DNA from: Bryobacterales bacterium
Lineage (GTDB): Bacteria > Acidobacteriota > Terriglobia > Bryobacterales > UBA6623
Assembly (NCBI GenBank): GCA_028819575.1
Contig: JAPPLB010000016.1
Coordinates: 1,770-65,769 of the forward strand
Length of the DNA: 64,000 nucleotides
Direction of reading: 5' to 3'
A program made the position numbers and the translations under genes. A model generated the notes under the pieces. It saw only the letters and a program-made list of their open reading frames with translations. It was not told the origin of the DNA and searched no databases. Shown here in pieces: positions 49,326 to 59,161 of the stretch. Within the stretch, counting starts at the first letter, position 1. Each line of letters begins with the position of its first letter.

Positions 49326-52085
49326 CTACGGTGACGCCTTCCAGGAGTAGCGCAGGCCGAGGAAGTAGTAAGCGCCGTTGAAGCCCCACGGCGTGTACTC
49401 GCTGTAGCGTTCTCCGGTGCGCAATGCGCTGGGGTTCGCGCCCGGGTAGGTATTGAACGCGTTTTGCACGCCGAATCTCAACGTAACGGCCTCGGAGAGA
49501 GGCTGGCTGCATTCCAGATCAACGATGGGCTTGCCGTCGTAGAACGACGGGTCGTCGCCGTCGAACCAGCCGCCGTAGTAGCTCAGGCGGCCGAGGATTT
49601 TCAGCCGTCCGATGCTCTGGTTGGCGCTGAAATACCAGCGGGTTTCGGGCAGCGCCGCCTCCAGTCGACGGATGCGGTTGGGCGAGAGGGTCCGCGGGTT
49701 GAAGTCCGTGACCTTCGTATCGGTGTGGTTGAAGGCGACGCTGAGCACTGTGTTGCCGCCGAGCGCCGGAGGTCTGTACGTCGAGACCACATCGAGCCCC
49801 TGCGTTCTCGTAGCGATGTCATTGATGAAGAACCGGAAGCTCCGCAGGTTGCTGGCGCTGGTGATACCCTCCGCGACCAGAATGTCGACATCGTCCGGCG
49901 AGAGATTGATGTCTCTCGAAAGTCCAAAGCGGTCGGACAGATCGATTCGGAAGTAGTCGGCCGTGAGAGTGAAGGGGCCGCTATCGACCACCGTGCCGAC
50001 GGTGTAGTTCAGTGAGGTCTCGGGCTGCAGCGGCCTTCCGCCGTAGCGCAGCGCGAGTGCGGAAATCGACGGAATGGTGCCTCGGTTCACCAGGTCCATG
50101 AGCTCCGGGACGTACTGCGTCGCAACGTTGAAGGCGTTCTGCTGTCCGGGCGTCGGCGCTCGGAAGCCGCTGCTGGCGCCTGCGCGGAGCGCTAGCTCAC
50201 GGTTCAGCTGAACGCGCCCGGAGAGCTTGCCGTTGATCGTGGTTCCGAAGTCCTCGAAGTCTTCCATGCGGACGGCCGTACCGAGCGTCCATCGCTCTTT
50301 CCGCCCTCGGAGCTCGACATCTCCGTAGAAAGCCACGTTGCTGCGGCTCCAGTTCCCCGCTGCGATCGGGCTGAAGCCGGGGAAGCCGTTGGACGCGGCG
50401 CTGAAGCCCTGTGCTGCGAAAGGACCGAAGTCCCACGACTCGCGCTGGCCGATACCGATCTCGAACCTCTCGTCACGCCATTCGGCGCCGGCGGCAAGGT
50501 TGATCATGTCGTTGACGGCATAGGAGACGTCGAAGTTGACGCCGATCTCCTGCTGACCATAGAGACCGGGATCGAATGACGTGGGCGTGTCCGGTCCGAA
50601 GGAGGCGTTGATGGTGTTGTAGATGAAGAAGTCCGCTTCGTTGGAGCCGAGGCTTACGCTGGCATCCCACACGATGCCGCTGGAGGTGTATCCGCGAAGC
50701 CCGGCGACCACCGATGCATCGGTCGCCTCGCCGCCGAACCGCGGAGTGAAGCCCCCGGGAAAGAGTTCCTGGAAGGAGAAGCAGTTCGGATCGGCCGTGA
50801 CTCGTTGCAGGGCGGCCGGATCGGGAACATTGTCGGTGACGGTCACCGTGGGACAGTCGGCGGAGCCTTCGCCGCGCGCGGCGAGAGCGTCGCCGATGAG
50901 CAGGGTCTGGCCGCCGTCGTTGCTGAACACGCCGCCGCGGGTGTTGGGGTTCCTGAAGAAGAAGCCGCCGTCCACCCTCTTGCCGGCGTAGTTCGTGTGC
51001 CCGTAGAACTGCAACCCGTTGTCGAACTGATAGCCGAAATTTCCGAAGAACTTGAAATTATCGTCGATGTCCGGAGAACCCCAGATCTGGGCCGGGTTGC
51101 GGACATGGTTGTTGCCGGCCTCGATCAGCGCCGCCGCATCGGTGCGCTGAATGCTGCGGTCGGTCGGATTGGAGTTGCCGTATTCAAGGCTGAGATTGGC
51201 GAAGCCGGTCGCGCCGAGCGGCAACCCGACATTGCCGGCGACAGTGTATCCTGCCCCTCCGTCCTGGTGAATCCCGCTGAGAAACTCGACGCTGCCGCCG
51301 GACCGGTCATCCTTGAGCAGGAAATTCAGCACGCCGGCAATGGCGTCCGAGCCGTACTGCGCCGCCGCTCCATCGCGAAGCAACTCCACCTGCTGCAGAG
51401 CGATCGTCGGGATGGGCGAGATGTCCGGCCCTTGCGCGCCGTCCGCCACACCATTGCCCAGCCAGGTGATGATCGCCGATCGGTGGCGCCGTTTGCCATT
51501 CACCAGAACCAGCGTGTGGTCGGGCGCCAGGTTGCGCAGGTTTGCCGGACGGGCGATCGTGGCGGCGTCGCCGATCGGCTGGGTATTGACGTTGTAGGAC
51601 GGAATAATCGCCCGCAACCGATTGCTCAAGTCGGTGTCACCCTGGCTCACGATCTCCTCGGTCGAGATGACGTCGATCGGCACCGTAGACTCGGTCACCG
51701 AACGCGGCCGCGCGCGCGATCCGATCACGACGATCGTGTCCACCACGACCACCTCGAGTCTGAAGTTCAGCAGGACACGTTGGCCCGCGCGCAGTTCGAC
51801 GTTGCTGTGAATCCCGGTTTGAAAGTCGGGCGCCTCCGCGGTGAGCGTGTAGAGCCCGGGTTGCAAACCGCTGAACTCGTACTTTCCGACTTCGTTCGTT
51901 ACCTGCCTTACGGAAATCCCCGTCGTGTCATGGGTCGCCGTAACTTCCGCACCGGGAATCAACGCTCCAGTGCTGTCGGTCACGATTCCACGCAATGCCG
52001 CGCCGCCCTGGGCGAACGTGTTGATGGATAAACTCAGCAGCAGCGCAACGTTCGCTGCAATGACTCCACAGGTTTCGCGCATCAC
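49326..52085 (-). CDS. TonB-dependent receptor with an N-terminal carboxypeptidase-regulatory-like domain
   Basis: Signal peptide, then GIVTDSTGALIPGAEVT...GKYEFSGLQPGLYTL and plug blocks (VVIGSRARPRSVTESTVPIDVIS, NGKRRH). The barrel is long and ends ...GLRYSWKASP. Confidence 0.85.
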   Translation of the reverse strand: MMRETCGVIAANVALLLSLSINTFAQGGAALRGIVTDSTGALIPGAEVTATHDTTGISVRQVTNEVGKYEFSGLQPGLYTLTAEAPDFQTGIHSNVELRAGQRVLLNFRLEVVVVDTIVVIGSRARPRSVTESTVPIDVISTEEIVSQGDTDLSNRLRAIIPSYNVNTQPIGDAATIARPANLRNLAPDHTLVLVNGKRRHRSAIITWLGNGVADGAQGPDISPIPTIALQQVELLRDGAAAQYGSDAIAGVLNFLLKDDRSGGSVEFLSGIHQDGGAGYTVAGNVGLPLGATGFANLSLEYGNSNPTDRSIQRTDAAALIEAGNNHVRNPAQIWGSPDIDDNFKFFGNFGYQFDNGLQFYGHTNYAGKRVDGGFFFRNPNTRGGVFSNDGGQTLLIGDALAARGEGSADCPTVTVTDNVPDPAALQRVTADPNCFSFQELFPGGFTPRFGGEATDASVVAGLRGYTSSGIVWDASVSLGSNEADFFIYNTINASFGPDTPTSFDPGLYGQQEIGVNFDVSYAVNDMINLAAGAEWRDERFEIGIGQRESWDFGPFAAQGFSAASNGFPGFSPIAAGNWSRSNVAFYGDVELRGRKERWTLGTAVRMEDFEDFGTTINGKLSGRVQLNRELALRAGASSGFRAPTPGQQNAFNVATQYVPELMDLVNRGTIPSISALALRYGGRPLQPETSLNYTVGTVVDSGPFTLTADYFRIDLSDRFGLSRDINLSPDDVDILVAEGITSASNLRSFRFFINDIATRTQGLDVVSTYRPPALGGNTVLSVAFNHTDTKVTDFNPRTLSPNRIRRLEAALPETRWYFSANQSIGRLKILGRLSYYGGWFDGDDPSFYDGKPIVDLECSQPLSEAVTLRFGVQNAFNTYPGANPSALRTGERYSEYTPWGFNGAYYFLGLRYSWKASP

Positions 52086-52451
52086 TTAGACCCTGAACTT
52101 CCCACTCCTTGGCCTACACTGGACAACCCGCACCAAAGCGCATGGGCCGCCGGCATGTGAACACTCGATTCGCAATGGCTTTGGCTGGAATTCATGTGCC
52201 TTTCAGAGCACACCAAGCCGGGTGTCAGCAGGTGGATGCCACTGCCGGCTCTGACGTGACGCCTAACGCGAACTCATCGGCAACAACGACTCGCACGGCT
52301 TGTCGTCGATCGTCGAACCGAAATCCCCGTCGGCTGCTGGTGCGGCCGGGCTCCGGCGTATTTGTCCAGAATCCTGTCCGCAATGTTCGGGAGTCATGCC
52401 GATGGAGGTCTGCGATACGCGCATTGGAGGTAGCGATTTGACTTTGCAGTG

Positions 52452-52460
52452 TGTGATAAT
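52452..52460 (+). promoter_or_regulatory. Candidate extended -10 promoter element TGtGATAAT for the second TonB-dependent receptor gene
   Basis: TGTGATAAT lies 41 nt upstream of the ATG at 52502. AGGAG sits 6 nt before that ATG, and the local sequence is AT-rich. No well-spaced -35 element is present. Confidence 0.3.
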
Positions 52461-52501
52461 AGTGACCGTACTATTCCTTTTTTGTGTCTTAGGAGTTATT
52501 T

Positions 52502-55500
52502 ATGCTTTCAAAGAAGCTTGTTGTCATGATAGCGCTGCTCCTGATCGGGAATTCAGGAGTCGCATACGCTCAGCAATCGGCCACCCTGAGCGGGGAGGTA
52601 ACCGATGATAGCGGCTTAGTCATCCCCGGAGCGAGAATCACGGCAAGCAACAACGCCACCGGAGCCGAGGTCAGCGGTTCGACGAACAACTCAGGGGAGT
52701 ACGAATTGACAGTGGAGGCCGGAACCTACACGGTCACGGCCGAGAATCCCGGCTTCGAGATCGGCATCGCCGATGGCGTCGAAGCGGTTGCCGGCGAATC
52801 GGCCCAGCAAAACTTTACGCTGGCATTGGCCGCCGTCACCGAGTCCATCGTGGTCGTCGGCAGCCGCGCCGAGCCGCGGTCGGTGACGGAGTCCACCGTG
52901 CCCGTGGACGTCATCAGCACCCAGAACCTCTCCAGACAGGGGAGCAGGGACCTAGTAACCCAGTTGCGGACGGTGGTCCCCTCCTTCAACATCAACACGC
53001 AGCCGATCAGCGATGCGGCGACCGTCGTCCGTCCGGCGAACTTGCGCAACCTGGCGCCCGACCACACGCTGGTCCTGGTCAACGGAAAGCGCCGCCACCG
53101 CGCGTCGGTCATCACCTGGCTGGGAAACGGCATCGCCGACGGCTCGCAGGGGCCGGACATCTCCATCATTCCCTCGATCGCCATCCGGCAGGTCGAGGTG
53201 CTGCGCGACGGCGCGGCGGCGCAATACGGCTCGGACGCCATCGCCGGAGTCATGAACTTCCAACTGAAGGACGATCCCTCGGGAGGCAGCCTGGAAGTCC
53301 AGACCGGGGGTTTCCGGGATGCCAATAACGGGAACCCGGCGACGTGCGGAGCGGGCGTCATCGGCGACATCCAGCACTCGTGCAACGGCATCGGCGGACA
53401 CGGCCGGACGTTATCCCTGGCCGGCAACGTCGGGGTGCCGCTTGGCGAGAACGGCTTCGGCAACTTCAGCCTGGAGTACGGCACCGCCGAGCCGACCAAC
53501 CGCACCATCCAGCGCCAGGACGCGCTGAACATCATCAACGCGGGCAATACCAATATTCGCGACCCGGCACAGGTTTGGGGCTCCCCGAGAGTCAACCACG
53601 ACTTCAAGCTGTTCGCGAACGTCGGCCATCTGTTCGACGATAAATATCAACTCTACGGTCACGGCAACTACGCCTCCCGCAAGGTGACAGGCGGCTTCTA
53701 CTTCCGGAATCCACACACCCGGGGCGGAGTCTTCCGCGGTCCCGTGGTCGACGGAACCCCCACGCTGCTCGTCGGCGACCGGGTCTGGGCCGAGACCGCG
53801 CCCGAGAGCCGCGATCCTCCTCCCGGACGGGAGCCGGGCCTCGGCGGCTGCCCCATCATCCCGATCGTTGACCACGTCCCCGACGCGGGCGCTCTCTCCG
53901 CAGTCGAGGCCGACCCGAACTGCTTCACCCTCCACAGCCGGTTTCCCGGGGGATTCACTCCGCAGTTCGGCGGCGACCTGATCGACTACTCGGTGGTGGG
54001 CGGCCTGCGCGGGTTCGCCAGCAACGGCTTCACCTGGGACGCCAGCGCCAGCTTCGGCGTCAGCGAGATCGATCAGTTCATCAACGATACGGTCAATGCG
54101 TCGCTCGGTTTCGACACGCCGACGAAGTTCCGCCCCGGCATCTACCGGCAGGAGGAAACCAATCTCAACTTCGACATTTCCTACCCCGTCAGCGATATGG
54201 TGCACTTTGCCGCGGGCACGGAGTGGAGGAGGGAGGAGTTCACGATCGGCGCCGGCGATGATGCGTCGTGGACGATCGGTCCGTATGCCGCGCAGGGCTT
54301 CAGTTCCGGTTCGAACGGCTTCAACGGCTACCGCGCCGATACGACGGCGGGGGTCTGGGACCGCACCAACGTCGCGGTCTATGGCGACGTCGAGTTCAGC
54401 GACGCCGGCAACTGGACGCTCGGAACGGCCCTCCGGTTCGAGAGATTCAACGATTTCGGCAGCACGCTCAACGGCAAAATCTCCGGGCGCGTCAAGCTGA
54501 ACGACGTGGCCGCGCTCCGCGCCGCCTTCAGCACCGGTTTTCGAGCGCCGACGCCGGGGCAGCAGAACGCGTTCAACGTGACGACGGCCTTTATCGGCGG
54601 GCAACTGACCAACCAGGGCGTGGTTCCCGCTACGTCAGCCGTGGCCATGGCGCGCGGCGGCGGTCAGCTCCAACCGGAGAAATCGAAAAACTACAGTGCG
54701 GGCGTCGTCCTCGAGGAGGGCCCGTTCACCTTCACCGCCGACTATTTCCGGGTCGACATCGACGACCGCGTCGCCCTGGCCCAGGAGATCAGTTTGACGG
54801 ATGACGAAATCGAGACGTTGCTGGCGGAAGGGATTCCCGAAGCACGGAATTTCCCCGTGTTCCGGTTTTTCCTGAACGACTTCTCGACGACGACCCAGGG
54901 CATCGACCTGATCTCGACGCTGGTGCAGGGGCGCACGACGATCAGTGCGGTCTACAACTACACGGATACCGAGGTCAAGAACGTCGAATCTGCTGTGATC
55001 GACGAGTTCCGCATCCAGACACTGGAACGGGGGCTGCCGAACACGCGGTGGAGCTTCAGCGTCAACCACGACGCCCGCCGCTGGAACCTCATGGGCCGCG
55101 TGAACTACTTCGGTCAGTTCTGGGATAGCGAGGATGGCCGGAACGCGGCAGACCTGGGCGTCGTGGCCTCGTCGGCGATGTACCCCTCCTATTCCGGCAA
55201 GGCGCTGCTCGATCTCGAGCTGGGTATCCCGATCGGAGAGAACGTCGCTGTGGCCATCGGCGGTGAGAACATTCTGAATACCTACCCCGACGTGAACCAG
55301 TATGGCGCCTTTACGGTCGGCAATAGCTACGGCCAGTTCTCGCCCTTCGGGTTCAACGGCGCGAACTTCTACGTGCGGGTCAACTATGGCTGGGGCATGA
55401 GCCGCCCGTCGCCGGAAAGGTCGTCTCGGGATGATGAGGCGCCCCAAGATCCGTTGCGGGTGCGCAAAGAGGTTGCCGAACAGATCGCGAAGCTCGAAGA

Positions 55501-55777
55501 GCTGCACAACGAGTTGATCGGCCACCTGAAGGAGATCCAGGAGTCTCAGACCGATCTGTGGTTGCAACGCTGGGCTGGAGAGCAGGTAGCCAAGGCGCAG
55601 ATGGCGAAAGAGCGAGACATGGCGATGTTGCGGACAAGTTTTGAAAGAAGAACCTCCGCTCAAGATGTCGAGCCTCTCGGAAAAAGCGCCGAAATCAAGC
55701 AGCTAGCGGTCAAGGACCAGATCGCAGCGGCGCATCTACAAAAGAAGGGTCAGCCGGCCCTCAGCATCGGAGGATGA
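52502..55777 (+). CDS. TonB-dependent receptor paralog with a 127-aa C-terminal extension
   Basis: Collinear with 49326..52085 (same CarboxypepD_reg-like domain, plug and barrel blocks). The barrel-terminal strand ends ...FYVRVNYGW at aa 964, followed by a charged, helical-looking tail. Confidence 0.8.
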   Translation: MLSKKLVVMIALLLIGNSGVAYAQQSATLSGEVTDDSGLVIPGARITASNNATGAEVSGSTNNSGEYELTVEAGTYTVTAENPGFEIGIADGVEAVAGESAQQNFTLALAAVTESIVVVGSRAEPRSVTESTVPVDVISTQNLSRQGSRDLVTQLRTVVPSFNINTQPISDAATVVRPANLRNLAPDHTLVLVNGKRRHRASVITWLGNGIADGSQGPDISIIPSIAIRQVEVLRDGAAAQYGSDAIAGVMNFQLKDDPSGGSLEVQTGGFRDANNGNPATCGAGVIGDIQHSCNGIGGHGRTLSLAGNVGVPLGENGFGNFSLEYGTAEPTNRTIQRQDALNIINAGNTNIRDPAQVWGSPRVNHDFKLFANVGHLFDDKYQLYGHGNYASRKVTGGFYFRNPHTRGGVFRGPVVDGTPTLLVGDRVWAETAPESRDPPPGREPGLGGCPIIPIVDHVPDAGALSAVEADPNCFTLHSRFPGGFTPQFGGDLIDYSVVGGLRGFASNGFTWDASASFGVSEIDQFINDTVNASLGFDTPTKFRPGIYRQEETNLNFDISYPVSDMVHFAAGTEWRREEFTIGAGDDASWTIGPYAAQGFSSGSNGFNGYRADTTAGVWDRTNVAVYGDVEFSDAGNWTLGTALRFERFNDFGSTLNGKISGRVKLNDVAALRAAFSTGFRAPTPGQQNAFNVTTAFIGGQLTNQGVVPATSAVAMARGGGQLQPEKSKNYSAGVVLEEGPFTFTADYFRVDIDDRVALAQEISLTDDEIETLLAEGIPEARNFPVFRFFLNDFSTTTQGIDLISTLVQGRTTISAVYNYTDTEVKNVESAVIDEFRIQTLERGLPNTRWSFSVNHDARRWNLMGRVNYFGQFWDSEDGRNAADLGVVASSAMYPSYSGKALLDLELGIPIGENVAVAIGGENILNTYPDVNQYGAFTVGNSYGQFSPFGFNGANFYVRVNYGWGMSRPSPERSSRDDEAPQDPLRVRKEVAEQIAKLEELHNELIGHLKEIQESQTDLWLQRWAGEQVAKAQMAKERDMAMLRTSFERRTSAQDVEPLGKSAEIKQLAVKDQIAAAHLQKKGQPALSIGG

Positions 55778-56107
55778 AGGCTGCTGTTCTTGCGTGGCGC
55801 CGGGCGGAGCGGAAGCTCGCCGGCGTCACTCGGAACACCTGAATCGGCGGCGGCAACCGGCGGAACCAAGGTGAGACTGGACGTGCTCTGAGCCGCTGTC
55901 GCAGAGCCGTGGGCGGTGAGGAATGCGCCGCGGCCCACTCCGTCTGCCTGCGTTGACGGGCAAAGGCTGTCGAACCTCTTTCCGAAGCCGCCGCGATTCG
56001 TCCCGGCGCTCCTGCTCGCCACCCCTTGCTACTTGCTACAGATCAGGGACTCGTCCTGTGTCCGCGGCAGGGTCCCGAGACCCGCATGTTATTCTGAATC
56101 TGCGAAC

Positions 56108-56181
56108 TGGCCGGTCGTCCAATGGCAGGACACGGGCCTTTGGAGCCTGGAATGGAGGTTCGAGTCCTCCCCGGCCAGCCA
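56108..56181 (+). tRNA. tRNA-Gln (anticodon UUG), 74 nt with encoded CCA
   Basis: Manual cloverleaf: acceptor TGGCCGG/CCGGCCA, D-stem GTCC/GGAC, anticodon stem CGGGC/GCCTG, loop CTTTGGA, T-arm GGAGG-TTCGAGT-CCTCC, discriminator G. U1-A72 is typical of bacterial tRNA-Gln. Confidence 0.9.
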
Positions 56182-56194
56182 GATGCAAACGCCA

Positions 56195-56474
56195 GCCTGC
56201 ATTTCTCACCACCCGACGGCCAAAGCACGCGATAAAAGGCCGTGATTCGTGTTTCGTGTCTCGTGATTCGTGAAAACCATGGGCGTGAGCTGATTCGCTG
56301 CAAAGAAATGTCTGACGGCCTGTGAAGGGTAAAGGCCGTGTTTCGTGACCCGAGGGGTGAAGGAGGCGATTTGGCAAGTACGCCTGCGCGCACCTTTTTC
56401 CTCCGCCCGGCTTGCGCCTTGTCCTGGCGGCCCTCTCACGCACTTCGCCTCGCCACGTGGTGAGAGATGCAGGC
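56195..56474 (+). repeat. Expanded (280 bp) copy of the palindromic MITE-like element, 13 nt downstream of tRNA-Gln
   Basis: Terminal inverted repeats are GCCTGCATTTCTCACCAC ... GTGGTGAGAGATGCAGGC. It contains the heptamer tract (56241-56275) and a second partial AAAGGCCGTGTTTCGTGAC module. Confidence 0.9.
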
Positions 56475-56481
56475 TACCCTC

Positions 56482-57610
56482 TTATTCGATTTCGCGGTCT
56501 TCGCCGGCCGTCTTTCCGGTCTTCGCATACACCAGAAATGCGTGCATGAAGGGGTCGAGGTCCCCGTCGAGCACGCGGTCGACGTCACCCTGCTCGAGCC
56601 TGGTGCGCACGTCTTTCACAAGCCGATACGGCGCCAGAACGTAGTTGCGGATCTGGCTGCCGAAGTTGATGTCCGACTTTGAAGCTTCGAGCTTGTCCAG
56701 CTCTTTCTGCTTCTTTTTCATCTCATGGTCGTAGAGACGCGATTTCAACATCTTCAGCGCGCTCGCCTTGTTCTTGTGCTGTGAACGCTCGTTCTGGCAT
56801 TGCACGACGATGCCGGTCGGCGCGTGCGTAATGCGAACCGCCGAGTCCGTCATATTGACGTGCTGCCCGCCTGCGCCGCCGGCCCGGTAGGTATCGATGC
56901 GCAAGTCGTCAGGCCGGATGTCCACCTTGATCTGGTCATCGATCTCCGGGTAGACGAACACCGATGCAAACGAAGTATGCCGTCGCGCCGCAGAGTCGAA
57001 CGGTGAAATCCGCACCAGCCGATGTACGCCGATCTCCGACCGCATCAGCCCGTACGCGTTGTCTCCGGCGACGGTGAAGGTAGCGGATTTGAAGCCCGCC
57101 TCCTCACCAGGAAGCGAGTCGGTCAACTCCGTCTTGAACCCCTTGCGCTCAGCCCAGCGGACATACATGCGCAATAGCATTTCGGTCCAGTCCTGCGACT
57201 CGGTGCCCCCCGCGCCCGAATGCAGCACGACGATGGCGTTCGAGTGATCGTGCTCCGCGGACAGCAGGGCCTCGGTTTCGATCTGGTCCGCGCGCTCTTC
57301 GAGCGACTTCAGCTCGGCCGCGATCTCGTCTTCGACGCTCTCGCCCTCTGCGGCAAGCTCGAAGAACGCTTCCAAGTCAGCGACGCGTAGTGAAAGCTCT
57401 TTCTCGGACTCGATCGCCTGCACGAGGCGCTTGCGCTCCTGCAAGACGGATCGGTTTTTCGCGGAGTTGTTCCAGAACGCAGGATCGGCGGTCTGCTTCT
57501 CGATGGCTTCGAGTTGGGATTTCTTGTCGGCCGCGTCAAAGATACCCCCGAATCCCCTGGATACGGGGACGAAGGTTGCCGAAGCCGCGGTCAAGCTCGT
57601 CTAATGTCAT
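56482..57610 (-). CDS. prfB: Peptide chain release factor 2, with a programmed +1 frameshift at 57538
   Basis: Frame 0 runs from the ATG at 57610 for 24 codons to CTT TGA C (minus-strand GGGGGTATCTTTGAC). The +1 frame continues as DAADKK... through SPFDSAARRHTSF and the GGQ motif. Confidence 0.9.
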
Positions 57611-57625
57611 CAATTGCCTCTGTTT

Positions 57626-59161
57626 TCAAGATAGCCGACCTCGCAACGAAACGACCAGACCGCCGCCGGCCGCAAGCCAGCAAAGCCACAGGAACCATTG
57701 GCCCCAACGAGTGAACACGGTCAGTTCCGTTCGGTAGTTGAAACGTGCAACCAGCACGTCCTGCTCGAACGACGGAAGCGATGCCGTAACCCGACCGATC
57801 GGGTCGATCACGGAAGTGACGCCGTCGTTTGTCGCCCGCAACAGCCAGCGTCCGTTCTCGAGTGCGCGCATGCGAGCGATCAGCAGATGGTGGTGGCGGG
57901 CGGCGCTGCCGCCGTACCAACTGTCGTTCGAGATGTTCACCAGCACCTCCGCCCCCTGGCGCACGAACTCGCGCACGCCGCGCAGGAACACGGATTCATA
58001 GCAAATGAACACGCCCACGCGATGCCCTCCGACCTCGGTCACAACGACGCGGCCGCCAGGGTGGAAGTTGCCGGCCTCGAGCGTGATCTTTTCAACGAAC
58101 AGTGAGAACGGCCACGGCACGAACTCCCCAAACGGAACGAGAAACATCTTGTCGTATTGCGAAACGACATCGCCTCTCTCGTTTACGATCAACGCGCTGT
58201 TCAGCGGCTGCTTGCCGTCCGCGCCTCCCCGCTCGACGGAATTGAAGATGATGGGAGCATCGACGCTCATCGCCAGTCTACGGAGAAAGCCGCGGATCGA
58301 CGCATCCATCGAGTAGTAGGCCGGCACCGGGTATTCGGGCCAAATAACCAGCGCCGGTGGAGTCGAATTCTTCTCCGCAGCGACGCCCGTGGAGAGATGC
58401 GCCATGCGCGCGAGGTGTTGCGCATGCCGCGCATGGTCCCATCCTCCCGATCGAAGCTCGTCCGGGAGGACGTTGGGCTGGACCAGACGGACGGTCTCTT
58501 GCGGCGCGGCAACGTCAGGAAGCGCGGGCAGCAAAGGCAGAAGCAGCAGGGGCGCCAACCAGCACGCCTCCCGCCGCAACCTCCGCAGGAACAGGACAGC
58601 GACCGCGGCATTCACCATCGCCAGCACGAACGACAGCCCGTAAATTCCGGTCAGAGGCGCCAGGCGAGGCAACAGCGGCATTTCGATGCCGGCGTTTCCC
58701 AACTGCAACCACGTGAACGCCAGGTACTGATGCAATCCTTCGAAAGAAACCCACAAAGCCGTTACAACGGGGATTGCCCATGACCGCTTCATCAACGGTC
58801 CCGCGGCGACCGAGAACACGGCCAGATACAGCCCCTTGTAAAGGAAAAACCCCATGAAGATGGCGCCGGCGCCCGGTGCTGAAAGGCCGGCGTAGCTGTG
58901 CATCACACCGTAGATCCAATAGCAGGCTCCACCCCAGTAGATCGAGCCCGCCAACCATCCCATGAGGAACCGCGCCCGCCACGCATCTTCGCGGGCGCAG
59001 GCGATGAGAAGAGGAGCAACCGCAACGGGAGCCAACCACGTGAAGCCGAATCGCGGAAAGACCAGAACCTGGAGCAGTCCGCTCAGCGCAGCGAGTGGGA
59101 AAGAATACGCTCGGGAAGAGCAGCACGGAGCAGGCCCGACCCTTCGAACGAGAGTTGTCAC
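57626..59161 (-). CDS. lnt: Apolipoprotein N-acyltransferase
   Basis: Multi-TM N-terminal half plus a C-terminal CN-hydrolase domain (VGVFICYESVF, NISNDSWYG). The GTG start overlaps the lipA stop (GTGA). Confidence 0.85.
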   Translation of the reverse strand: MTTLVRRVGPAPCCSSRAYSFPLAALSGLLQVLVFPRFGFTWLAPVAVAPLLIACAREDAWRARFLMGWLAGSIYWGGACYWIYGVMHSYAGLSAPGAGAIFMGFFLYKGLYLAVFSVAAGPLMKRSWAIPVVTALWVSFEGLHQYLAFTWLQLGNAGIEMPLLPRLAPLTGIYGLSFVLAMVNAAVAVLFLRRLRREACWLAPLLLLPLLPALPDVAAPQETVRLVQPNVLPDELRSGGWDHARHAQHLARMAHLSTGVAAEKNSTPPALVIWPEYPVPAYYSMDASIRGFLRRLAMSVDAPIIFNSVERGGADGKQPLNSALIVNERGDVVSQYDKMFLVPFGEFVPWPFSLFVEKITLEAGNFHPGGRVVVTEVGGHRVGVFICYESVFLRGVREFVRQGAEVLVNISNDSWYGGSAARHHHLLIARMRALENGRWLLRATNDGVTSVIDPIGRVTASLPSFEQDVLVARFNYRTELTVFTRWGQWFLWLCWLAAGGGLVVSLRGRLS

